A stretch of 64,000 bases of DNA from Patescibacteria group bacterium (GTDB lineage: Bacteria; Patescibacteriota; Patescibacteriia; JAHIZJ01). A program made the position numbers and the translations under genes. This document shows, in pieces, positions 54,955-62,278 of the stretch; the stretch's first letter is position 1; every line of letters starts with the position of its first letter. Location of the stretch: contig JBAZLK010000003.1 in assembly GCA_041650335.1 (NCBI GenBank), positions 57,765 to 121,764 on the forward strand, in the 5' to 3' direction. The notes beneath the pieces are model-generated. The model did not search any database and had not been told where the DNA came from. It saw only the letters and a program-made list of their open reading frames with translations.

Positions 54955-55560
54955 ATGAAACAAACAATTTGCCTATTCGGCGACAGCATCACCTGGGGCG
55001 CCTGGGATCGGGAACGGGGCGGCTGGGCTGCCCGGCTGAGAAGCTATTTGGAAACGAATAACCGCGATGTTGCCGTGTACAACTGCGGCGTATCCGGCGA
55101 TACGGTTGCGGATTTGCTTCAACGATTCGATGTCGAGTGCAAAGCCAGGGGCCCAAACATCATCGTCTTGTCGATCGGGATAAATGACTCTCGATATTAC
55201 ACGACAAAAGACAAACCAGAAACAACCCCCGAGCAATTTCAAAAGAACTTTGACGAACTTCTTAAGAAGGCAAAAAAGTATGCTGATGCAATCATCTGTT
55301 TGGGGCTCACTAAAGTGGATGAAAAGATAACAACGCCCTGCTCTTGGAAGCCAGATAAGTACTACGATGATGAAAATATCAGAAAGTATGACGCGATAAT
55401 GCAAAAGTCTTGTGACCACGCCGGTGTACTTTTTCACAGCCTGTATGACTTACTAGACTTTTCCGATCTTGTCGATGGTTTACACCCCAGCTCCAAAGGG
55501 CATGAAAAAATGTTTCTAGCGATAAAAGATTTTTTTCAGAAACAGGGGTATATATCATAG
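54955..55560 (+). CDS. SGNH/GDSL hydrolase
   Basis: FGDSIT, YNCGVSG, IGINDS, DGLHP blocks. Confidence 0.95.
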   Translation: MKQTICLFGDSITWGAWDRERGGWAARLRSYLETNNRDVAVYNCGVSGDTVADLLQRFDVECKARGPNIIVLSIGINDSRYYTTKDKPETTPEQFQKNFDELLKKAKKYADAIICLGLTKVDEKITTPCSWKPDKYYDDENIRKYDAIMQKSCDHAGVLFHSLYDLLDFSDLVDGLHPSSKGHEKMFLAIKDFFQKQGYIS

Positions 55561-55667
55561 CTGGTAATTAACGTATTTCTCTACTCAGCTCGAGAAATAT
55601 TTTTTAAATTAAAAAGTCGTGCAGTAAGCCACACGACTCGAAGTTCGAAGGTGCAATTCTTCAGAGG

Positions 55668-55886
55668 TTATCGGAGAAGAATCGTGCCTGTCCGACCTTC
55701 GCAGTTGTCGCCCTTGGCGGATATGGTACCCGCGGCCAGGCGCTGCTTGATGACGCCTTCCAGGGCAGTGCCTTTGGCACACTGGAAGCCGCCTGGTCCC
55801 ATGCTCAGAAAACCGCATGTCGTCTCACCCTGGCCGGGCTGGCACGTCTTCTCGATGTGTTCTGCTGTTAGCTCCAAGATCATCAC
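55668..55886 (-). CDS. small Cys-containing hypothetical protein
   Basis: AAGGAGG SD, CQPGQGETTCGFL..GFQCAK..AKGDNCEG; TTGACA promoter upstream. Confidence 0.65.
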   Translation of the reverse strand: MMILELTAEHIEKTCQPGQGETTCGFLSMGPGGFQCAKGTALEGVIKQRLAAGTISAKGDNCEGRTGTILLR

Positions 55887-56011
55887 CTCCTTCTTGGTTT
55901 ACAGAACACCCTACCTTAGCACGTGCCTACGTAATGTCAAATTGCTGGAAGTTGTTAATCAAAAAAGACCCTGTTTATTACTCGTCGGGTCTCGGTAACG
56001 AGTGTGTGCTG

Positions 56012-56806
56012 CTAAACGATGCTCACGCCGGCCTGGTTGAGCTCGAGGACGATGCTCGCCTCGTCGTCCAGGATCTGGCCATCGCACCAGTCGAGGCGGT
56101 CCTCGTCACAGCCGGTGCACCGGGCGTAGAGCCGGTCGGGATTCCCGCCGGGATCGCGCCGCGTCACTTCCCAGACGCGGCCGTGCGCATCCCTGATGCC
56201 GTTGCCCAGCGCCAGATCACGCCAGGCCGTCTGCGTGATCGGGGTTCTGAATACGCCGAGCTTGACCGCAAGTTGGCGAAGAGCGTCGTTTCCGGTAGGC
56301 GCGCCGATGATCGCCATGCAGAAATCCGGGCGGGGATCGGGCACGGCGTTCCAGTGATTGGGGAACGGATTGGCGAGACGAACCTCTGTCTGCCTTCCCC
56401 GCACGTCAACGACGGCACTGAACACAGCGGTTGGGGCGCCGCCGTCCTCGCCGGTACGATCACGAAAGTCGCTGCCGCTTCCGAAGTACCGACTAACAGC
56501 GTCCGGAAACTGGTTGAAGCTCATTCGCGCCGCCTCAGCTGACGCATCGGGTTCCGTTGCGGCCGTGCCGGCATCAGTCGCCGTCACCGTGAGGCTCACC
56601 TCGAGCCGGGTGACCTCGCCGTCATCGGTGTAGTGGGGTTCCGCTGAGACACCGCTCTGGACCTGGAGGGTCCGGCGGTCCATCGACACCTGGCCGACTC
56701 GGATCTGCCCGGCCGGAGCATCCGGACCAGGATCGTAAACGCGCCAGATCTCGTACCCGTTCTCGAAACTGAATAGATCCCCGGGCTTGAGCGTGCTTAA
56801 GAGCAT
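56012..56806 (-). CDS. hypothetical protein (264 aa)
   Basis: AGAAGGAGG SD before the ATG at 56806; TTGACA-N16-TAGTAT promoter with TG extension; GC-rich codon usage. Confidence 0.65.
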   Translation of the reverse strand: MLLSTLKPGDLFSFENGYEIWRVYDPGPDAPAGQIRVGQVSMDRRTLQVQSGVSAEPHYTDDGEVTRLEVSLTVTATDAGTAATEPDASAEAARMSFNQFPDAVSRYFGSGSDFRDRTGEDGGAPTAVFSAVVDVRGRQTEVRLANPFPNHWNAVPDPRPDFCMAIIGAPTGNDALRQLAVKLGVFRTPITQTAWRDLALGNGIRDAHGRVWEVTRRDPGGNPDRLYARCTGCDEDRLDWCDGQILDDEASIVLELNQAGVSIV

Positions 56807-56906
56807 GAGGTTCCTCCTTCTCCGTGGACATTCATGGCCATGAGCGCATCGTGACAACAACCGCCCATACTAGCATATTTCCGTGAATTGTCAAGGTGGC
56901 TATCTG

Positions 56907-57050
56907 AAGCGCCGTTTCAAAAAATGCGATAAAAAAGCGCCCCTATAAATACGTTTATACCACTGTCATCCCGAACTTGTTTCGGGATCTCACTGCTGCA
57001 CTATGGAGATACTGAAACAAGTTCAGTATGACAATTAGAAAACGGCGCTT
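56907..57050. repeat. nested palindromic (REP/RPE-like) element
   Basis: 11-bp outer inverted repeat AAGCGCCGTTT/AAACGGCGCTT enclosing TGTCATCCCGAACTTGTTTCGGGATCTC...GAGATACTGAAACAAGTTCAGTATGACA (56964-57033). Confidence 0.75.
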
Positions 57051-57064
57051 TCCGGCAAAGCCGG

Positions 57065-57108
57065 ACTTTTCTGTTACCTTTCTTTTTAAAAGGAAGGTAA
57101 CAAAGGAC
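57065..57108. repeat. palindromic repeat
   Basis: TGTTACCTTTCTTT-TTA-AAAGGAAGGTAACA hairpin. Confidence 0.55.
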
Positions 57109-57143
57109 TTGTAAATTCACCCATCCTGAATTACGATGAGTAT

Positions 57144-57764
57144 ATGAAAGGCAATAAAACCCAAATCTTCTACATCCACGGCGGCGATACCCACCCGAAC
57201 GAACGGGCCTATCAGCGCTGGCTGAGAATGCGGCCGGTCACCATCGAGAAAAAAATCACCTGGACCACGACCTATCTCGACCAGGCGCTGGGCCGGCGGT
57301 TTCACATCATCCGTCCCCGGATGCCGCTCCAGGACAACGCGAAGTACCGGGACTGGAAAACGCATTTCGAACGGTTTTTCCCGAAACTGAAAAACAATAT
57401 TATCCTCATCGGCCAGTCGCTTGGCGGCATTTTCCTAGCCAAGTATCTGTCAGAAAACAAATTTCCCCGGAAGATATTATCCGCCTACCTGGTCTGTCCA
57501 CCATTTGACGACACCCTGCGGAAAGAGCGCCTGGCTGGCGGATTCCGGCTGAAGTCCGACTTGTCGCTGATCAAAAAGAACGCACCGAAACTTACGTTGT
57601 TATTTTCGAAGAACGACGATGTCGTTCCGTATGTTCACGCAGCCAAGTACGCGAAGAAATTGCCGCACGCGAAGGTGCTTGTCTACAAACACATAAACGG
57701 ACACTTCCGGGTGGCAAGGTTGCCGGAGATTGTCAGGATGATTAAGCACGATATAAAAAAATAG
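57144..57764 (+). CDS. alpha/beta hydrolase (RBBP9/YdeN family)
   Basis: YIHGG, PRMP, GQSLGG nucleophile elbow, SKNDDVVP, GHF. Confidence 0.92.
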   Translation: MKGNKTQIFYIHGGDTHPNERAYQRWLRMRPVTIEKKITWTTTYLDQALGRRFHIIRPRMPLQDNAKYRDWKTHFERFFPKLKNNIILIGQSLGGIFLAKYLSENKFPRKILSAYLVCPPFDDTLRKERLAGGFRLKSDLSLIKKNAPKLTLLFSKNDDVVPYVHAAKYAKKLPHAKVLVYKHINGHFRVARLPEIVRMIKHDIKK

Positions 57765-57765
57765 C

Positions 57766-58140
57766 ATGAAAATTATACGAAAAGAAGAAACGCCATTTGT
57801 GGCAAAGCCTGAAGGCACGAATGTCCGCTATTATTTGCGCGACGAATACGAGGTGCATCATAATGAACAGGCCCCCGGCTCAACGCAAACGTGGCACCAT
57901 CACGAGAAAATCCTCGAGACGTTGTATATTATCGAGGGCGAACTGACAGCTGAATGGAAACACGACGGGAAAAGCGAAAAAACAATCGTCCGGGCCGGCG
58001 ACTTGATCGAAACGGAAAACACGCCGCATACGTTTACCAACCATACTGATAAAATCGTTAAGTTTATTGTTATTAAGCAGGTGCCGACTGGAACTAGTAA
58101 ACGCGACATTTTAAAAAGCGATAAGGTCGTTGATCAATAA
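57766..58140 (+). CDS. cupin domain protein
   Basis: PGSTQTWHHHEKILETLYIIEG, AGDLI..PHTFTN. Confidence 0.9.
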   Translation: MKIIRKEETPFVAKPEGTNVRYYLRDEYEVHHNEQAPGSTQTWHHHEKILETLYIIEGELTAEWKHDGKSEKTIVRAGDLIETENTPHTFTNHTDKIVKFIVIKQVPTGTSKRDILKSDKVVDQ

Positions 58141-58172
58141 ACGTTACGAAGAAAACTTTGGCAATATAATTA

Positions 58173-58228
58173 AGTAAGCGGACAAGCCTTGCCCCGTCGA
58201 ATGACGGGAGCTTGTCCGCCTACTTTTT
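58173..58228. terminator. long hairpin terminator between convergent genes
   Basis: GCGGACAAGC..CCCGTC/GACGGG..GCTTGTCCGC followed by TTTTT. Confidence 0.7.
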
Positions 58229-58248
58229 ATTGTATTTTGTTGTCGTCG

Positions 58249-60192
58249 CTACTGCCTGGGCGCGAGCGAGAAGTTCACGTTTTTGGCAATATTGCCGATC
58301 GTGACTGTTACGTTTCGCAAGCTAGGCAGGTCATAATACGGGCTGACAACAGTGACGCGGCGCGCGCCGGGAGCGATCCCGTCGACAACATAGTAGCCGT
58401 TCGAGTCTGACCAGGCTGAAAACACCGTATCAACTATCTTCACCAGCGCGGAAACGGGCAGACCGGTCACCTTATCCGTCAGGTAGCCGGAAACCGAGCC
58501 GGCCGGCGCGAGGGCCACGTTTGAGCCGGCAGTCTGACCAGCCGTGACGTTAACGTTTACAATCTGGGTAATATATTTGGTCGAGCTGATTTTCAGACGA
58601 TAGGTGTTGGTTTTCAGGCTCCGTACCAGGTAATACCCTTTTTCATCAGTCACGGCAGACGTATACGGAATCTCCTTGCCGTTATTCGGCGCATAAACCT
58701 CGACAACCGCGCCCGCGACGGCTTTGCCGCCAGCCGTCACCCGTCCGCGGATTGAGCCGCCCTTGTCGAGTCGGTACTTTTGGCCGGTCGTATTGGCATT
58801 TAAGGTGATTGTTTCCTTGGTATACGTAATGTAGCCGTTGAGGATGATTTTCAGCCGGTAATCACCAGGTGAGACATTGCGGAAGGTGAAGCCGCCGTCG
58901 CTCTTCGTGGTAAAGGCGTAATCAGCCACCTCCGAGCGGGTTTTATTCCGTTTAAATAGATAGACAACCGCATTATCGAGCGGGGCGCCGCTCTTTGATT
59001 TCACGGATCCGCTGAATTTCACAGCCGCTGGCAGGGTGAGGTTTTTACCCGAGGTGGTCTGACCGGCGCTGACGGAAACGCTATAAAGCTTCTGGCCGAC
59101 GTAATAGTTCCGGGTGGCCGTAACCGTATAACTGGTCGACGGTTTCAGCCGTGAGAGCGTATACTTCCCGCCCGACCCAGTCGTCGTGGTATAGACATGG
59201 CCGGAGCCGTCATCGGCCGTAACGGTAACGCCCGAGAGACCGCTGCCGTTCGATTTCGTGATTTTGCCTTTTATCTTTCCTCCCTTGTTCAAGGAGAGAT
59301 TCCGATTTGTCAGATGTGTGTCATCGCTCGCAATGGAAACGTCCGCTGTTTTTGTGACATATCCCGACGCGCTGACCGTCATCGTATAATCACCCACAGC
59401 CGTACTATTCATGGTATACATGTCGTAAATAGATACCGTATACCGGCCGGACGAGTTCGTCGTGGCCCCGTAAGTGCCGCCGCCCGACTTCGTAAGGGTC
59501 ACCGTCGCACCGGATAGAGCAGATCCGCTGGCATTCCTTATCACGCCGGAAACGGTGCTGGCCGGTTTCAGCCAAAAATTCCTGGTCACAGTCTGTTCAT
59601 CACCAGTCAAATTGACACCGCTTACGGAAGCGCTGAAATATCCAGGTTTTTGGATTACCACATTGTACACGCCAGCCGCCGAAACAGCGTAGTCGTCAGG
59701 CAACGGAATACTATAATACACGCCGCTCGAGGTTGAGGTTGCATACCCGTACCCGTTCACCGAGCCGCCGGCGTGGGTATAATAAATGGTCGCCCCACCC
59801 ACTCGAGTAACTCCATCAGATGCGTATACGCGTCCGGTAAAACGGCCGCGCTTGGTTAGAGAAAAATTTTTAGTCACCGTACCGGCGCTCGTAACCGTGG
59901 CTGTTTTTGTCTGTTGGATCAAATACATATTGGAAACATTCCCTAGATACATGTAGTGTGTTACGTCATACGTGCCGGGCGCCACGGCAACGCTGTATGA
60001 GCCATCGGCTCCGGTCGTGGCGTATTCGACAGACCCAGTGCTTGTGCTCTGCACATACATAGTCAATGATTCAATCGGACTGCCGTTTGACGCGTACGTG
60101 ACGGTCCCCTGGATTGTTCCATCCGCGGCCAGGGCGGGCGTGGCCACAATAAAAGCCGCGCCGATGATGAACGCGTAGAGAAGTTTTTTCAT
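58249..60192 (-). CDS. secreted protein of tandem carboxypeptidase-regulatory-like (transthyretin-like) domains
   Basis: Signal peptide; about seven repeats of G.I.G.V...GATV...TT...G.Y...G.Y.V......Y; Ser/Thr/Gly-rich. Confidence 0.88.
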   Translation of the reverse strand: MKKLLYAFIIGAAFIVATPALAADGTIQGTVTYASNGSPIESLTMYVQSTSTGSVEYATTGADGSYSVAVAPGTYDVTHYMYLGNVSNMYLIQQTKTATVTSAGTVTKNFSLTKRGRFTGRVYASDGVTRVGGATIYYTHAGGSVNGYGYATSTSSGVYYSIPLPDDYAVSAAGVYNVVIQKPGYFSASVSGVNLTGDEQTVTRNFWLKPASTVSGVIRNASGSALSGATVTLTKSGGGTYGATTNSSGRYTVSIYDMYTMNSTAVGDYTMTVSASGYVTKTADVSIASDDTHLTNRNLSLNKGGKIKGKITKSNGSGLSGVTVTADDGSGHVYTTTTGSGGKYTLSRLKPSTSYTVTATRNYYVGQKLYSVSVSAGQTTSGKNLTLPAAVKFSGSVKSKSGAPLDNAVVYLFKRNKTRSEVADYAFTTKSDGGFTFRNVSPGDYRLKIILNGYITYTKETITLNANTTGQKYRLDKGGSIRGRVTAGGKAVAGAVVEVYAPNNGKEIPYTSAVTDEKGYYLVRSLKTNTYRLKISSTKYITQIVNVNVTAGQTAGSNVALAPAGSVSGYLTDKVTGLPVSALVKIVDTVFSAWSDSNGYYVVDGIAPGARRVTVVSPYYDLPSLRNVTVTIGNIAKNVNFSLAPRQ

Positions 60193-60421
60193 GTGTGTAT
60201 TGTGAATACTTAGTACTCTTAGTATAGCAATGGATGGGATTCCGCGCTAGCAAGCGAATTTTTTCTCATGTTTCAAAGGCCTAAGCACAATCGGAGCGGG
60301 ACTTGACGTTCGGTCCGTATATGATACATTATTCAGTCGAGCCAATATGACTATTTGCGGTTGTGCTGGCTTCGGACGACGGGGTTACGGTCGGACACAC
60401 GGATAGAAGGAGGGTTTAGTC

Positions 60422-61036
60422 ATGGAGCTGAAGATTCCGCCAACTGCCTACGGCGTGACCTTGTTTGTGCGCCGGGGCGAGGCGCACAAGGGAGTGCCGG
60501 CCATAAGCCGCACCTTGACCCAAGAGGGCGCTGATCACTGCATCAGGGTCAGCTCATACTGGGAAGAGGTGATCGGCTCACTGAGCGCTCGGTTCGACAG
60601 GCCTCGGTATTTCACCGGTCCGATGCCCGCCATGGTGCTCACGTGCTACTTCATCTTCGGGCCGTCGGCGATTACCGTCCACCCGCACCTCGCCTCCACG
60701 GTCAGCGGCAAGACCGTTCAGGAAGGTCGCTGGTTCGAGGCACAGCGGGCGGCCGGCAAGACCCGAGTCCAGATCATCCGAGCGCTCTGGGAAGATCCGA
60801 CGATCTGGGAGGGGCAACCGTTCGAGCATCAGAGCCGGCAGGTGCACCAATTCCTCGTGGAAGAAGAGGCTGGGCTCTTCCGCATCGCCGTCAGCGACGA
60901 GCCGTCGATCACCCTCGCGCTCCTCGGCACGGTCGACGACGACATGCTCGGCCTGGGTCCCTGCGAAGGACTTCTGATCTTCCGTGATCGGGAGGGCACC
61001 ATCGTTGGCACCCAGAAGCTTGTTCCCTCAGCCTAG
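60422..61036 (+). CDS. degenerate histidine-phosphatase-fold protein
   Basis: TLFVRRGEA (RHG-like), LTQEG, IAVSD, LGPCEG; AAGGAGG SD; TTGACG promoter; terminator at 61058-61090. Confidence 0.5.
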   Translation: MELKIPPTAYGVTLFVRRGEAHKGVPAISRTLTQEGADHCIRVSSYWEEVIGSLSARFDRPRYFTGPMPAMVLTCYFIFGPSAITVHPHLASTVSGKTVQEGRWFEAQRAAGKTRVQIIRALWEDPTIWEGQPFEHQSRQVHQFLVEEEAGLFRIAVSDEPSITLALLGTVDDDMLGLGPCEGLLIFRDREGTIVGTQKLVPSA

Positions 61037-61123
61037 CGCCGCCCTTCGGCGTTGCGCGTCAGTCCAGGGTTTCCTCGGACTGACTTTTTTATTGTCCCCG
61101 CAATATAAAATTGCAGAAACAAT

Positions 61124-61156
61124 AAAAAACGGGTAACTCTGTGAAAAGTTACCCGG
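61124..61156 (-). terminator. intrinsic terminator
   Basis: CGGGTAACT...AGTTACCCG then TTTTTT on the minus strand. Confidence 0.7.
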
Positions 61157-61201
61157 CAATGCCGAAAGTTGGTGGTCGAGATTGCCCGACAGAAGGTGCG
61201 C

Positions 61202-62056
61202 TCATTCTTCCCGGCGAAAGACCGTGTCCGGAAAGGTGAGCTGGGTTGATTCGGGGTTGATCAGCGCCTGCGTGCACCCCATACCCTGCAGTAAACGGAA
61301 GCTCTCCCGCAAGCCCGCCAGGGCTGCAGCGAGGACAGCACCGTTGTTCACCGCCAAAGAAATCGGCTTTTCCACACATGGCGGTGGCGCACTCTCGCGT
61401 GGAGGCGTTGCGGCGTCTTCTCCTGGATCCGGATCGTCCCCCGAGCCTCCTTCGAGCCAAGCGCCAATTTCCTCGAGTAGATCGGCCGCCCGGACATCCT
61501 TCGGATCGAGACGATACTGGATCGCCCCGTCTGAAACGCGTACGGCACAGTGAAGATAGCGACCATCGCCGCTGACTTCCAGCCGGTAGGGTTGTCCCGC
61601 CTGGAGCTGGAGCAGATGATTGTGCTCTCGATCGTACGTAGCAACGCGCGGGTTTCCCTCGAAATAGTCCTCGAGCCCCGCCAGCGTGACCGGCTGACGC
61701 GTCCCGCCACTGTCCGGACCGGGTGGCGGCTTTTCGTCCGCTTCGGACGCAGGATCCCGCGGCTGAAATCCCGGAAAGGCCTGCCGCAATTCTGTAACCA
61801 TGTCATGTACATTGGCGCCGGGTGCCGGGCGGATGTCGATCGGCTGAAGCCAACAGCCCTCGTAGTACGTTACGATAACGCGATCATCCTTGACGTTTGC
61901 AGCTGGCAAGCGCGCCGGCCCGACGTACGGCTGACGCGGTCTCGGCGTAACTGACTGAACGCGGCCTTTCAGCACCACCTTAATCCAGGCGATGAGCTGG
62001 ACTAGGTGCGCTTGAAAGAGCGCCTCCGGTTCAAAAGCCCGCTCCGTTGAACTCAT
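61202..62056 (-). CDS. hypothetical protein (284 aa)
   Basis: AGAAGGAGG SD before the ATG at 62056; TTGACA promoter at ~62164; terminator downstream. Confidence 0.65.
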   Translation of the reverse strand: MSSTERAFEPEALFQAHLVQLIAWIKVVLKGRVQSVTPRPRQPYVGPARLPAANVKDDRVIVTYYEGCWLQPIDIRPAPGANVHDMVTELRQAFPGFQPRDPASEADEKPPPGPDSGGTRQPVTLAGLEDYFEGNPRVATYDREHNHLLQLQAGQPYRLEVSGDGRYLHCAVRVSDGAIQYRLDPKDVRAADLLEEIGAWLEGGSGDDPDPGEDAATPPRESAPPPCVEKPISLAVNNGAVLAAALAGLRESFRLLQGMGCTQALINPESTQLTFPDTVFRREE

Positions 62057-62278
62057 GGCTGCCTCCTTCTGGCCGCTTGGCCAGATTGCCTGAAACAAAA
62101 GCCGTGGCGTGCGCTCTGCAAATAACCGACCCCACCTTACCAATCGCACCCCCGGGTTGTCAAATAAAAATCGGATAGCCCTAATCAGTAATTGCCTTGA
62201 TGTGATCAATATTATCCCCCTGGACAAAAGTCCAAAAATGCGCTATAATTACTGCAGAAAGTAAAAATAAAAACACAA

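Noticed and set aside
52520-55560. Classical integron cassette array
   Set aside because: No RYYYAAC...GTTRRRY attC structures were recognised between the genes, and the recombinase shows no IntI-specific insertion that I can see.
55817-56542. 241-aa plus-strand ORF
   Set aside because: It overlaps two SD-led minus-strand genes and their promoter; likely a shadow.
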